A stretch of DNA of 64,000 nucleotides from Oligoflexales bacterium (GTDB taxonomy: Bacteria > Bdellovibrionota_B > Oligoflexia > Oligoflexales > CAIYRB01): NCBI GenBank assembly GCA_041736175.1, contig JBGSUI010000069.1:1-64000 (forward strand), written 5' to 3'. Shown in pieces: positions 29,951 to 41,205 of this stretch. The position numbers and the translations under genes were made by a program. How positions within the stretch are numbered: the first letter of the stretch is position 1; every line of letters starts with the position of its first letter. The notes beneath the pieces are model-generated. The model ran no database searches. It was not told the DNA's origin and worked only from the letters and a program-made list of their open reading frames with translations.

Positions 29951-30194
29951 GGGTCTTGCTCCTGTGTGATAGCCAAGAATCCTTAATTTGTGTCACGTAT
30001 ACTGTCTATGATGTTGCCAGTTTCTAGAAGAGTTGACCAGTCTTTTTAAAATCTATGACCTACTGTATTCCTTAGATATTTGTCTTTTTATTCAAATATC
30101 ACTCAGCCTCAATGACCTATGGCCGATGAGACGGCATCTGGACTGATAGGCAGTCCAAAATGTCACGAAGGAGTTTTAAATGCGGGTTCTTAAA

Positions 30195-31052
30195 ATGAAA
30201 CATTTTGTTTTATCATCAATTTTGTTTGCTGGTTGTGCAGCCCTTGGGCCAAAGCCAAGTGTCTCTCTTGTAAAGGAAGAAATTTCTAGTCATAAAAAAG
30301 TAGCCAATATCGTGGTCACCAATGTTACTGGGATCGATTCCACGGGCAACACCGGCAAAGCTCTTTTGGCATCAGCTCTGGCAGCTTACGGCAAAAGGTC
30401 GCGTCCTGTAGCGGCATTAGCTCCAGTGATCCAAAAGATCCCTGGTTTACCCGCGGGGTTTGATGAAGTGCTACTTTCCGGATACCAGATAGAATTTGTG
30501 AAGGCTATCGAAGCTTTTAAAAAAGACGGTAAACAACCAGTGAGTCTTAAACTTTCCCCCTCCGGCGGCCTAAAGCTCACCGGGATTAAAGATCTTGCCT
30601 CCCTCGCCAAGGGCCTCGGTGGCGAGGTCGCAGCGATCTCGGAACTTGCAACCACCCTCAAAGCCGGAGATGCCGCAAAAATGGTGGCCGCAGCTGACAA
30701 AGCAAAAAACATATTACCTCTTATCCAGACCGGTGCCGGCGCGATCATGGCTGAATTAAACGCTGACTACGTGCTCTTGACCCATGTTCAAGGGGACGAG
30801 CAGGCTTGGGAAGGTAAAAAAGAGGTGCAGTTTTTTGCGAGTCTCGTCAATATTAAGACCGGAAAAATGCGCTATTTCGGATCGATTAAAGCAGTCAAAG
30901 GGGCCATTCCAGTCCCCTATATGGCGCAATTGGGTACAATGTCATCGTCGCTCTTTGACTCTGTTGGTGAAGGCGACCCACTGCCCGAGCTGAGCGCTGC
31001 TGAAGAGTCTGGGAATGCCGAACCCGGTCGCGTTTCCCAACTCAGCAAGTAA
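30195..31052 (+). CDS. Hypothetical lipoprotein
   Basis: Lipobox FAGC. Start 30180 or 30195. Confidence 0.75.
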   Translation: MKHFVLSSILFAGCAALGPKPSVSLVKEEISSHKKVANIVVTNVTGIDSTGNTGKALLASALAAYGKRSRPVAALAPVIQKIPGLPAGFDEVLLSGYQIEFVKAIEAFKKDGKQPVSLKLSPSGGLKLTGIKDLASLAKGLGGEVAAISELATTLKAGDAAKMVAAADKAKNILPLIQTGAGAIMAELNADYVLLTHVQGDEQAWEGKKEVQFFASLVNIKTGKMRYFGSIKAVKGAIPVPYMAQLGTMSSSLFDSVGEGDPLPELSAAEESGNAEPGRVSQLSK

Positions 31053-31501
31053 AGAGCGGACTGCTGTGATCAAGACTTGTTCTTGGGGCCTTTTGAATCG
31101 TCTAGCCCGACTTCAGTGGGCCGCGAAAAAATGACCGGTGCTTGCAACTTTGATAACTGCACATAAATACCGTCCATTATATTACGATAAAAGTTGAGAA
31201 AAAATCCTGGGAGGTTGCCTTTGGGGGGTTAAGCCTCTGAGCATGAGGCCGATGGGCTTTACAGATAGGGGTGGTTATGGGGGTGAGGGGGCGCCATACG
31301 CGCACAAAAGGTTTGGCGTCAAGCCAGAGAAGAAAAGAGCAAACTCCCAAGATGTTTCTAAATCTAGGTTAATGAGATTGGCTGGCCGGTTAAAATCATT
31401 TCTTAGCAAAATAAATTTTTCATAAAAATCTTTGGGTTATCGATTGTTGACCGAGGCACTCTGGTCTTGAGAAATAGATTTTGAATAAAAACCTAGTTAT
31501 T

Positions 31502-32911
31502 TTATGGGGTTGGTTTCTTCGGGGTTTTTTTTAGGTCCACAATGGGGCTCAGATTAAAAGGCGGATCCCATAAATCTCGATGATTTAAGATCCACTGGAT
31601 TCCACTCTCCTGAGTGGTCCAGAGATCCTGGTACCAAGCATGGCGGGCCTTTTGGAGGATAAAACCTATAGGTCCTCCGGCATCCATTCCCAAAGAAATC
31701 TGGATATCGGTCCCGTTTAAGGGGAATTTTCCCAGGACCTTATGGTTGTAGCGCTCGATAAGCTGCTGCGCTTGGTCTAGGTAAGATTCTTGTGGGTCGA
31801 TGGATTCGGACAGAGCCAGAGTCGCCCGCAAGATCGGTTGGTAGAATGTCAAAAAACCAGGGTTAGACAGGACCCAGGTCCGGAGGTCGTCCAGGCGAAA
31901 GCCAAGGGTCCCATCCGAGAGTTTTGAGAATTCCTCAAGACCTCGGGAGATGGTGAGGGCTTGGCGCAAGATTTTTTTATCTCGGTTTTTTATTTTAAAG
32001 CGGGCGCCCCATTTCCAGAGATCAAGATCCCCAGTATTTGGATGAGCCTCTGCGCGAGCCTCTTTAAGCGAGCTAAGAAGCAGCCACGTCACGATGGCCA
32101 AAGGTTTATCAGGGGTCGCTCCCGATAAGAGCTTGCCGATGGAACTCTGGTAACGCTCTGGGATGGTGTGCTGGTTGGTTGCAAGGAAATCCGCAAAGGA
32201 GCTGAGTCCAAGGTTTAGCTGAGGATCAACCTGTTCCATGGTCTTGCTGCTGACCAGGGACGGGACGGTGTCCACAAAAAAATCCCCACGGAAGATCTGC
32301 CACACCTCCGCTGTGATCCGCTCTTGGCTGATTTTTTTGAGGCCCGGGGTCAAGGGCGTTAAAGCTTCTAGGGTTCCCGGAGCAGGAGAAAATCCTAATC
32401 TCGACCAAAAGCGAAAAAACCTGAGAATCCTCAAGGTGTCTTCCTTGATGCGCTCGGCGGGGTCTCCCACAAATCTTAAGATTTTTTGTTTAAGATCTCT
32501 GATGCCGTTAACATAATCATAAACCTTGCCGTGTTGGTCCTCAAAAAGACCATTGATGGTGAAGTCTCTGCGAAGGCTATCCTCCTCAAATCCCGCCCCA
32601 AAGGCGACCACAGCCCGTCGCCCGTCCGTCGCTACATCCTTACGAAGGGTTGTGATCTCGATAGCGGTTGAAGGGGCCAGGACCGTCACCGTCCCATGGG
32701 CAATCCCTGTGGGGATCACCTTATGGGAGCGACTTTTCATGGCATCTAAGACTTGATCGGGTGTGGCTGAAGTTACGATGTCGTAGTCCGTAGGCACCAC
32801 TCCCATCAACCGATCACGAACACATCCCCCCGCCAATCGGGCCTCAAAACCGCTGGCCTCCAGCTCGCGCAGGATCTGCAAGGCGTCGCGGTAGCGGGTG
32901 TCGTGGTCCAT
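31502..32911 (-). CDS. cca: CCA tRNA nucleotidyltransferase / polyA polymerase family
   Basis: GGCVRD..DYD, EITTLR, RRDFTIN and EDTLRILR motifs. Confidence 0.88.
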   Translation of the reverse strand: MDHDTRYRDALQILRELEASGFEARLAGGCVRDRLMGVVPTDYDIVTSATPDQVLDAMKSRSHKVIPTGIAHGTVTVLAPSTAIEITTLRKDVATDGRRAVVAFGAGFEEDSLRRDFTINGLFEDQHGKVYDYVNGIRDLKQKILRFVGDPAERIKEDTLRILRFFRFWSRLGFSPAPGTLEALTPLTPGLKKISQERITAEVWQIFRGDFFVDTVPSLVSSKTMEQVDPQLNLGLSSFADFLATNQHTIPERYQSSIGKLLSGATPDKPLAIVTWLLLSSLKEARAEAHPNTGDLDLWKWGARFKIKNRDKKILRQALTISRGLEEFSKLSDGTLGFRLDDLRTWVLSNPGFLTFYQPILRATLALSESIDPQESYLDQAQQLIERYNHKVLGKFPLNGTDIQISLGMDAGGPIGFILQKARHAWYQDLWTTQESGIQWILNHRDLWDPPFNLSPIVDLKKTPKKPTP

Positions 32912-32951
32912 CAGTTAGAGCCTCTAGGAATAAATAACTGGAAGCACTGAG

Positions 32952-34646
32952 TCACGACCTCTTGAGCTGCTGGTAGCGAATCCGCTTGGGAGTATCAGCA
33001 TCTTTGCCCAGGCGTTCCCGACGATTTTTTTCGTAGTCAGAGTAACCACCCTCAAAGAAGTAGATTTTAGAATCTCCTTCAAATGCCAAAATATGGGTGG
33101 CGATCCGGTCCAAAAACCAGCGATCATGGCTGATCACCACGGCGCATCCAGGAAAGTCCATCAAGGCATCTTCGAGAGACCTTAGGGTGTTGATGTCTAG
33201 GTCGTTGGTAGGTTCGTCAAGGAGGAGGAGATTGGCTTCTTCCTTTAGGAGGAGAGCGAGCTGGATACGATTGCGCTCCCCTCCTGATAGGTCGGCCACG
33301 CTTTTTTGTTGGTCAGGTCCCGTAAAGTTAAACCGACCCGCATAGGATCTAGCATTGACCTCCCGCTTGCCGAGCTTAATCATCTCTTGGCCTCCGGAGA
33401 GGACATCATAAACACTTTTTGATGGATCCAGGTTAAGGCGCGACTGTTCCATATAACCTAAACGGACGGTCTCCCCGATGGTGATCTTTCCTTGGTCTGG
33501 TTGGTCCTGTTTCGAGATAAGGCGGAAGAGGGTTGTTTTTCCAGCGCCGTTTGGACCAATAATCCCGACAATACCGCCTCGAGGGAGTTCAAAGGAGAGG
33601 TTTTCATAGAGGAGCTTGTCGCCAAAGGCTTTCGCTACGTTTTCAAACCGGATCACAATATCCCCGAGTCTTGGTCCAGGGGGGATCACAATCCGCACAT
33701 CGTCTTGGACCTTTTCCGATTCCTGGTTTAGGAGAGATTCGTAAGCTCCCACCCGAGCCTTGCTTTTGGCTTGGCGTGCCTTGGGAGACATCCGTATCCA
33801 TTCCAACTCCCGTTGGAGGGTTTTTCGCCGCTTGTCCTCGGATTTTTCTTCGGCAGCAAGGCGCTTTTCTTTCTGTTCTAACCAGGACGAGTAGTTGCCT
33901 TTCCAGGGGATTCCATGGCCGCGGTCCAACTCCAGAATCCACCCCGCGACGTTATCCAAAAAATACCGGTCATGGGTGACGGCGATGACCGTGCCCTTGT
34001 AGTTTTGCAAGTGGCGTTCGAGCCAGCTAACGCTGTCGGCGTCCAAGTGGTTGGTTGGTTCGTCAAGGAGCAAAATATCTGGTTCCTGTAGCAGCAAGCG
34101 GCAAAGGGCTACGCGCCGCCTTTCTCCCCCTGAGAGCTCCTGAATCGGCTGGTCTGCTGGAGGGCACCGGAGGGCTTCCATGGCAAAGTTTAGTTTGTCG
34201 TCGAGATTCCATGCGTCGGAGCTGTCGAGCTTGTCTTGGATTTCAGCCTGGAGGGTGATGAGTTTGTCCATCTCGGCGGGAACTAAGTCTTCGGATCCAA
34301 GTTTGGTGTTGATCTCTTCGAATTTGGACAAAAGTCCGACGGTTTCGGCGCAGGCTTCCTGCACCACTTCTTTGACTGTTTTTTGAGGATCAAGCACCGG
34401 CTCCTGGGCCAGATAGCCTACGGAATAGCCACCGGTAAGGTGGGCTTCGCCGATAAACTCATGATCCACACCAGCCATGATTTTCAAGAGCGTCGATTTC
34501 CCTGATCCGTTGAGACCGAGGACTCCAATTTTGGCTCCGTAGAAATAAGACAGAGAGATATCTCTTAACACCTGTTTGCCGGTGGACTTATATGTTTTAC
34601 CGACTTTGACCATGGAGTAGATGATTTTGTTGGGATCGCCGCTCAT
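32952..34646 (-). CDS. ettA: Energy-dependent translational throttle ABC-F protein
   Basis: GAKIGVLGLNGSGKST, two ABC domains, WKGNYSSWLEQK. Confidence 0.95.
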   Translation of the reverse strand: MSGDPNKIIYSMVKVGKTYKSTGKQVLRDISLSYFYGAKIGVLGLNGSGKSTLLKIMAGVDHEFIGEAHLTGGYSVGYLAQEPVLDPQKTVKEVVQEACAETVGLLSKFEEINTKLGSEDLVPAEMDKLITLQAEIQDKLDSSDAWNLDDKLNFAMEALRCPPADQPIQELSGGERRRVALCRLLLQEPDILLLDEPTNHLDADSVSWLERHLQNYKGTVIAVTHDRYFLDNVAGWILELDRGHGIPWKGNYSSWLEQKEKRLAAEEKSEDKRRKTLQRELEWIRMSPKARQAKSKARVGAYESLLNQESEKVQDDVRIVIPPGPRLGDIVIRFENVAKAFGDKLLYENLSFELPRGGIVGIIGPNGAGKTTLFRLISKQDQPDQGKITIGETVRLGYMEQSRLNLDPSKSVYDVLSGGQEMIKLGKREVNARSYAGRFNFTGPDQQKSVADLSGGERNRIQLALLLKEEANLLLLDEPTNDLDINTLRSLEDALMDFPGCAVVISHDRWFLDRIATHILAFEGDSKIYFFEGGYSDYEKNRRERLGKDADTPKRIRYQQLKRS

Positions 34647-34693
34647 AACCGCATTTTCCTTCGTGCTGGATGTTCTTGGGAGGGACTTAAGGC

Positions 34694-35173
34694 CTATTTC
34701 TTTTTAAGGGAGAGAGTTAAGGTAAAAGTGGCGACTGGGTCTTGGCCAAACTTAGAGGGTACCAGGGCCTTGACGAGGACGGGTAGCTCGACTCTTTCGC
34801 CCGTTGCGACAGCTTGGGACACAAGGTCTTTGATCGCCTGATTTTGTTGGCAGACGAAATGCACATCCCCTTCGGCCCTCTTATGAAAATCGGCTTTAAA
34901 ATCTTTAAAAATAAGGGCGATTTTTTGTTTACTGGCCCGGATTTCTTCCATAGCTACAAATCCACCCGCAAGATCTGCGCCGATGGCAAGAGCCCCAAAG
35001 TACATGCTGCGCAGGTGGTTGCGACTGCGTCGGGTGAGCGGGATCACCACGGTAAAGGATTCTTCATCCCAGGAGTGGATCCTCGGCGTGACAAAAAAGA
35101 GCAGTGGTATATATTTAACGCCAAAATAGCTCAGGCGGACATTGGCCGCGATCAGTTTTTTATCTAGTCCCAT
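34694..35173 (-). CDS. Hotdog-fold thioesterase-like protein (DUF4442-like)
   Basis: RNHLRSMYFGAL..GAD and F.KRAEGDV motifs. Confidence 0.8.
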   Translation of the reverse strand: MGLDKKLIAANVRLSYFGVKYIPLLFFVTPRIHSWDEESFTVVIPLTRRSRNHLRSMYFGALAIGADLAGGFVAMEEIRASKQKIALIFKDFKADFHKRAEGDVHFVCQQNQAIKDLVSQAVATGERVELPVLVKALVPSKFGQDPVATFTLTLSLKKK

Positions 35174-35466
35174 CTGGTGAACTCCCCTACCGGTGCGTAA
35201 CTAAGGAAAATGGAAAATGGAAAATTATTTCAGCCCAAAGTTTCACATTATATTGGGTAAAATGGGAATTCAACTGTTTTTTCCAAAAGTTTTAACGCCA
35301 CTGCCTGACTCATCATGAGGGGACTTGGTCAAATATGAGAAAGAAGGATAGACCCCATTGGTAAATTTCTTGCGGTCAAGTAAACTGATTAACATTAACT
35401 TTAGGTTGGTAAGCGGGTCATTGAGGATTCTTTAAATCCTATTCACTCCTAACGAAGAGCTAAAAT

Positions 35467-36771
35467 ATGTTAACGAAAGCGATTGTTTGTCTGTTTTTGG
35501 CCGCCCATACCCGTTCCTTTGCCCAAACATCGCCGGCTCCTTCGGCCTCAGCTCCAGCATCGACCCAACCTGCCCCCGCCGCCCAAGACGAGGTCAAGAA
35601 ACTGCGGGAACAGCTCAAGACAGAAAAAGACGCCCGCAAAAAAGCGGAGCAAAAATCGGAGGATCTTCAACAAAATCTTAAGGACACTGCGGCAGAGTCC
35701 AAAGCAGCAGTCGAAAACGCTAAAAAAGACGCTCAAAATAAAATAAAAGAGGGTCTCAACCAATTTAAATACATCAATGTTTCTTTTGGAGTCTTGCCAA
35801 ACGAAGACAAAGATATCAACAACTATAGTCAGATTTCACTCAATTATTCGCCAGTTTTACAGAGCAGTCTGACTTACTACTCAAGGACCACGGCGCTTTT
35901 AAAAAAAGAGAATACCTCCACCACCGACCCAGCCACCGCTGACACCCCAGAGATCACTCTGAACACAGAATCAGAGGAGTCATCTGCCACAAAGCGGACC
36001 GACTTTAACATTGACTTGCTTCGCTATGCCCCTGGTCAATTTAAATTCGGTAAAGCAAAGGTGCTGCTCAGCTTGGCAGTCGGCGCTATTTACTCGGACT
36101 CCAAAACGGAGACCAATATCTCCCAAAAAAATTCCCATATCGATCCAGCAACCAAGCGACCCAAAAACATCCCCGTAAGCGGAGCGAGGACCGAATCGGC
36201 CAAATCTCTGCTCCCCCAGATCGTCGGCGAATTTAAATACCAGGCACCCTGGGCCCTTGTGCGTCTTTCTGGTGGTGGGATTGTCCTAAGTCGAGACAAA
36301 AAAGAGTTTAAGCAAACGGGGGCCATCTTGTTTCCCTCCGAAGCACCCGACCCTAAAACCAATACACCCTATAAAGATTCTGTTTACAGTGAATACGAAA
36401 TCAACTCGGGAAATGCCTTTACGGCAAGTGGGTATAAACTTGGCGCCGAAGTCGAGTACCATTCCAACCAGTTTGGTGGATTCGGATTGCACTTTGACTA
36501 TCTCGAAAAATTTGGTGACACCAAAGGATTTGACCCCAAAGTGAATATGGCAAAGGCCATGTTGGAACTCGAAGTTAAAGATGTCTACGAAGAACGCGCC
36601 ACCATGCAGCTCTCGGTCTCCCACTCCATGGATTATATCGGTCACCTAGGGGTGACACCCGTACTTCGCTTTAACAGCAATACGGACCGGCTGATCAAAA
36701 CCCCTAAGGAGGGTCCACGGGTAGATACCAAAGCCAAGAGTTACGATTTTGGGGTGATTTTTAAGTATTAG
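35467..36771 (+). CDS. Putative outer-membrane beta-barrel with N-terminal coiled coil
   Basis: Signal peptide, Pro/Ala linker, coiled coil, amphipathic strands, C-terminal YDFGVIFKY. Confidence 0.65.
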   Translation: MLTKAIVCLFLAAHTRSFAQTSPAPSASAPASTQPAPAAQDEVKKLREQLKTEKDARKKAEQKSEDLQQNLKDTAAESKAAVENAKKDAQNKIKEGLNQFKYINVSFGVLPNEDKDINNYSQISLNYSPVLQSSLTYYSRTTALLKKENTSTTDPATADTPEITLNTESEESSATKRTDFNIDLLRYAPGQFKFGKAKVLLSLAVGAIYSDSKTETNISQKNSHIDPATKRPKNIPVSGARTESAKSLLPQIVGEFKYQAPWALVRLSGGGIVLSRDKKEFKQTGAILFPSEAPDPKTNTPYKDSVYSEYEINSGNAFTASGYKLGAEVEYHSNQFGGFGLHFDYLEKFGDTKGFDPKVNMAKAMLELEVKDVYEERATMQLSVSHSMDYIGHLGVTPVLRFNSNTDRLIKTPKEGPRVDTKAKSYDFGVIFKY

Positions 36772-36894
36772 GAGCCCACCAAAAGATGGCACCATCAATA
36801 CATTTATCCTAAAATTTAGAACAAAGGAGATCCTTTTTTCCAAAATTTTGGTAAAATGTATATGGTGTCGTGGCCCCGAACTGGAACAGACTGC

Positions 36895-38244
36895 ATGTAT
36901 ATACCAAGAATGATTGAGAATAAAATTTCAACCCACTTTCTAACCTACGAAGGAGGGGCCAGCCACCCCGAAGTCGCAGTGGTCGAGGGGATTGTGGGGG
37001 TTGGTAAGACGACGACCATTGCCCAAATCCTCCAACAAAAGGGTTTTAAGGAAAGATTCACTGTTTTCCAATTTAATATGGATGAAACCGTAAATAGGAT
37101 GAACGTCCGGGACGACAGTGCTTTTTTTTATAACTTTGTGAGGGCTAAAACCACGGCTCTCGAAAAAACACTGATATTTATCGACGAAGCACAAAAATCG
37201 GAAGAGATGTTTGAAGCTGTTAAAGTGGCTTGGGACAAGGGTATTCACTTTATCCTGACTGGTTCAAATCCACACTATATGAAAACAAAAGCTAAAAGTG
37301 CCTTGCAACGGAGGTCCCGCCATTTTGACTTAAAGCCATTATCACTTCTCGAAATTCTCTCCCACCAGGGGTGCTTTGGCAAAGACTTTGATCTATCTAG
37401 CCATCAAGGTATTTTTCTTTCTTATGTCTATGGGGAAATTACGATTCAAGGCCTCAAAGATTACCTTTCGACCCTGCCGTTATCATTGAGCCAAGGTATT
37501 TTGAACTCGATAGAGCTCTATCTGTTAAGGGGCGGTATTCCGCTTAGCTATCTGTCAAAAACCAGGGCAGGGAGCTACGAATCTCTAAGGGCAGTGGTCG
37601 AGAGGGGGTTCGAGTTGATTGAAAAGGATAGTCAAAATATTTTTGATGATGTTACCTACGAGCTTTCACTCTTAAGCAGTCATGAATTCACTTACAAAAA
37701 TATCCTTCGCAAACTTCGTTTAAAGAAGAGGGATGCTGTCAATACAGTCATAAACTATTTGATAGGACATGGTTATCTTACCGAAAAGAGACCCTATATT
37801 TCAGATCAAGGATTTGGGTCATATCATGTTGTTTATTCTATGATAGACCCAGGAATCGTAAGCTATTTTTGGCAAAAAGATATCTTGAGCAATGAAGAAA
37901 AGGGTGCTCTCATCGAAAGCTACCTAGCAGCCCGATTAGAAAATATTTTTCTCAACGGCTTTAAAAAACACAAATTGAGTTACTATAAGCCATATAAAAT
38001 GAGAATCGAAATGGGAGAGCAAAAACTTAGGTTTGAAGATGGAGAAATCGACTTTGTATTAAACTTTGGCCAGTCGGACCCCGTAGCTTGCGAGGCCAAA
38101 TACGGCGAAAATATCACTATATCTGATGTGCCTCTTCTTGCTAAAATGGCTCGCGATGGAACATTTGCACGCCCCATTGTTTTCTATAAAGGCGTCCCAA
38201 GGATTGAAAGCGGGATATTATTTTGGCCCTATTGGTTGATCTGA
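36895..38244 (+). CDS. AAA+ ATPase with DUF4143-like C-terminal domain
   Basis: G..GVGKTT, IFIDEAQ, LTGS, GG.P, DPG and EIDFV..EAK motifs. Confidence 0.85.
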   Translation: MYIPRMIENKISTHFLTYEGGASHPEVAVVEGIVGVGKTTTIAQILQQKGFKERFTVFQFNMDETVNRMNVRDDSAFFYNFVRAKTTALEKTLIFIDEAQKSEEMFEAVKVAWDKGIHFILTGSNPHYMKTKAKSALQRRSRHFDLKPLSLLEILSHQGCFGKDFDLSSHQGIFLSYVYGEITIQGLKDYLSTLPLSLSQGILNSIELYLLRGGIPLSYLSKTRAGSYESLRAVVERGFELIEKDSQNIFDDVTYELSLLSSHEFTYKNILRKLRLKKRDAVNTVINYLIGHGYLTEKRPYISDQGFGSYHVVYSMIDPGIVSYFWQKDILSNEEKGALIESYLAARLENIFLNGFKKHKLSYYKPYKMRIEMGEQKLRFEDGEIDFVLNFGQSDPVACEAKYGENITISDVPLLAKMARDGTFARPIVFYKGVPRIESGILFWPYWLI

Positions 38245-38302
38245 AAATGAGTCGCAGTCAGTAGTAGACGGATATGCCGCGCAATCAAAGTGTTAAAAAC
38301 CC

Positions 38303-39946
38303 CTATTGTTTGGTCGCCAGCACAGCAAGTGGATCGTAAACCATATCGGAAAGATCAAGTTTTTCTTCGATATCTAAAGTACATCCATAAGCTTTTGCTG
38401 GTTTAAGTCTTGGAAAAACCTCTTTTGGAAGCTTTAGCTGAAGGTTTTTACCGTTGGCAATACAGCTTGAGAAGGCTAAGTTTTCCCACTCGATCTTGGT
38501 GTCTTTAAGGTAAGGATAGGCACCCATAGTCTCTAGCACCCGTGCGGACCTAATCCAAACGGTTTGCGCCCGGGGGAAGACTCGAGCGACGTGAGGAATA
38601 TCGATTCCCTCGAGAGAACTGGAGTCAGGGATACAGGGTCCCCCCTGCTTATGGTCTTGGGACTCCATAACAAGATACCTTATGCCCCCAAGGGGCTCTA
38701 GCCGGGGAAGCACTATCTTTGCATAGGCGGTCTGAAGGCGCAGCCTATTGATTCCGAAAAGATTTAATTCTTGTAAAAATTTATTCAATAAATCTATCAT
38801 TTCGATCTGGCTTTTGCCATCAATTTTTTCAGATTTCCACGTAAAAGGAGTCAACCTTGGCAAGGTATCATCGATAACACTAACAGAGTCTATATTAGGG
38901 AAAACCCGCTTCAAATATCCAGAACCAGCTTTAAACAGCCACGAAGTTGACACAATAACATGTCTTATCCTTTGACGGACGGTTAGCTTAAGGTTTTCTT
39001 CTAAGTCCTTATGAGGGATCCCATCCACCTGCAGACCAACGATATTTGTTTTTGTATCAAACATCGCATTGAGATCATGGATAGATGGGGGAAAGCTTGC
39101 TGAAAACCCATATAATATCCGGAGATCTTCAAACAAATAAAAGTTATTAAACAGTGGAATTATAAAACTTCTATTTTCCCAATACCCATTAGAAACTTTA
39201 AGGCCACGAACCTGGGATGCCGTCATGCATGATATAGAATCAAAGGAATCGATGGTGCGATCCGGGCTAAGGAGTTCGTTTTCTTTTAAAAGTCTAAACA
39301 CCGCGGTTTTGTATTCGTGAGTGGGGAACCTGATTTTTTTTATGCCTAAAGAAGAGCCAACGGACGTCGTGGTAATATCCACTCGTGTCTCCAATTGCTG
39401 ATGCCATTTTTCTAGGACTGCCAAAAGTGGGATGGTTTCAGGATTATAATTTAGTAATTTGCGCCAGGAAACCCCCCTCAGGATGTTGGGTATGTTTGAT
39501 AATCTCTTATCGTCATGCTGGGGGTCTTCAGGAATTTTTCCTGCAGCAGCGCTCTGTAAAGCAGCAAAAATGACTGCTGGACTTATGAATGATTTGTCAA
39601 CAAAACAGGGTCTATCTGCCATAGATGTCAGATCTCCCTTTTGGTTTGCCAAGATTTCAAGCAAAACGCTTTTGAGCAATTCAGGAAGCTCTCCCTGTAC
39701 AGTCGGTAGTTTATACAAATCACCACCGGTGTTTGGCGATGGATCGAAAACATTTTTTCGCACATAGGCTAATCCAGTAGCTCTTATTTTAAGGGCAAGG
39801 GGCGACATACTATCTGGATCTTCGCTCCCTAGAAGGCTTGATTCACTTTTTGTAGAAGGTTTGGTCTTGGTTACCTGTTGTATACATCCTGACAGTATGA
39901 GGATGAAACTGAAAAGAACCTTCTTATGTCTAAAGGGATAAATCAT
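38303..39946 (-). CDS. Hypothetical lipoprotein
   Basis: 547 aa, lipobox LSGC. Confidence 0.7.
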   Translation of the reverse strand: MIYPFRHKKVLFSFILILSGCIQQVTKTKPSTKSESSLLGSEDPDSMSPLALKIRATGLAYVRKNVFDPSPNTGGDLYKLPTVQGELPELLKSVLLEILANQKGDLTSMADRPCFVDKSFISPAVIFAALQSAAAGKIPEDPQHDDKRLSNIPNILRGVSWRKLLNYNPETIPLLAVLEKWHQQLETRVDITTTSVGSSLGIKKIRFPTHEYKTAVFRLLKENELLSPDRTIDSFDSISCMTASQVRGLKVSNGYWENRSFIIPLFNNFYLFEDLRILYGFSASFPPSIHDLNAMFDTKTNIVGLQVDGIPHKDLEENLKLTVRQRIRHVIVSTSWLFKAGSGYLKRVFPNIDSVSVIDDTLPRLTPFTWKSEKIDGKSQIEMIDLLNKFLQELNLFGINRLRLQTAYAKIVLPRLEPLGGIRYLVMESQDHKQGGPCIPDSSSLEGIDIPHVARVFPRAQTVWIRSARVLETMGAYPYLKDTKIEWENLAFSSCIANGKNLQLKLPKEVFPRLKPAKAYGCTLDIEEKLDLSDMVYDPLAVLATKQ

Positions 39947-39964
39947 TGGTTAGTGGATTCCTTG

Positions 39965-41152
39965 TTATTGGCCTGACTTTTGGATGGCCGTTAGTTTGAT
40001 GTCCTCACATTCTATTTTTTGATTTTCAATATTTAATACTGTTAAAATAAGACCCATCGTTCCACTCTGGACCAACTTGTTGGTGGCCTTTAAGTTTGTA
40101 CCGCAAAACGTTATGCTTTGGGATTGGAACAAAGTACCCGCAGTAAAAGGACAATGGAGTATGCTACTGACCAGCCATCCGCTTTTTTGGGTGGCGACGA
40201 TTTTTTGGGTGACATGGTCTTCAAAGGGGTTTTGTGGGTTTCCTGCGGGGCAGGCTTTGATGTCAAAGTCTTCATAAAGCTTAAAGGAGTTAGTTCCATG
40301 GATAAATTCTGCTTTAGTCCCTATCTTAAATTCACGACAGCTATCCATATTTGTATATGGAAAGGGAATCAATAGGAACGCCCCTAACGTTAAGCCTTGG
40401 CCACTTCTTCCGGGCTGTATCCGAATTTTGAAAATATCACCCTTAGAACCTTTATGAACCGACATACGGCAAATTTCTTCGCTTTTTTTGAGCTTGCCCT
40501 CAAAAATCTCAACCACTTCCTCAAGACTTTCGTGGTCAAGGTATAGTGTCGAGATTCCTGGCGCTCTCAGGAAAGGATTTACAGCCCGTGCAAACGTGGG
40601 AAGACTTAAAATGTCGACTCCCTTACTTAAGATTGTCATTCCTTCTACAATCAAGTCTCTATTTGGTCCGTCTACATCGTTTTTAAAATAGACTTTTAAA
40701 GGACTTTTATTGGAATCGATCCAAATAATCTCTAGGTAAAATGGATGAGGTTCCCATTGGGTTCCAGAAAAAACACTGGCAATTTTAGGAACTTCTTTCA
40801 ATTTATAAAATCTAAATAGTGCTCCCCATTTAGGATTTTGGGAATCTTTGACCTCAAAGGTCCAATAATTCTCCTGATCACTCGTTTCTCTAAGGAGGAC
40901 CTGAATGGTGCCTTCGGTTTTGATACGGTCCCCAGTGACCATCTGGACTTGGTAAGTCGCTAGGCTTGCTTGGTAGGCCGACACAAAACTACACTTATAA
41001 AGCCTGCCTCCTTGGGGGGTGTTAAGTGTAGAATTACTTGGCACTTTTTTTAATCCATAAGTGCAAGAAGCGAGTCCAATGAAGGAAAAAAGAACAAGAC
41101 TAAATAAAAGTTCTTTGAAATACAGCTCATAAAGCTTTTTATGTCGATTCAT
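39965..41152 (-). CDS. Hypothetical lipoprotein
   Basis: 395 aa, lipobox LASC. Confidence 0.7.
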   Translation of the reverse strand: MNRHKKLYELYFKELLFSLVLFSFIGLASCTYGLKKVPSNSTLNTPQGGRLYKCSFVSAYQASLATYQVQMVTGDRIKTEGTIQVLLRETSDQENYWTFEVKDSQNPKWGALFRFYKLKEVPKIASVFSGTQWEPHPFYLEIIWIDSNKSPLKVYFKNDVDGPNRDLIVEGMTILSKGVDILSLPTFARAVNPFLRAPGISTLYLDHESLEEVVEIFEGKLKKSEEICRMSVHKGSKGDIFKIRIQPGRSGQGLTLGAFLLIPFPYTNMDSCREFKIGTKAEFIHGTNSFKLYEDFDIKACPAGNPQNPFEDHVTQKIVATQKSGWLVSSILHCPFTAGTLFQSQSITFCGTNLKATNKLVQSGTMGLILTVLNIENQKIECEDIKLTAIQKSGQ

Positions 41153-41205
41153 TTTTTTGTTGCCTTAAAGAGATGCTGATTCTCGGTTCCGATCAGCGAG
41201 GAATC

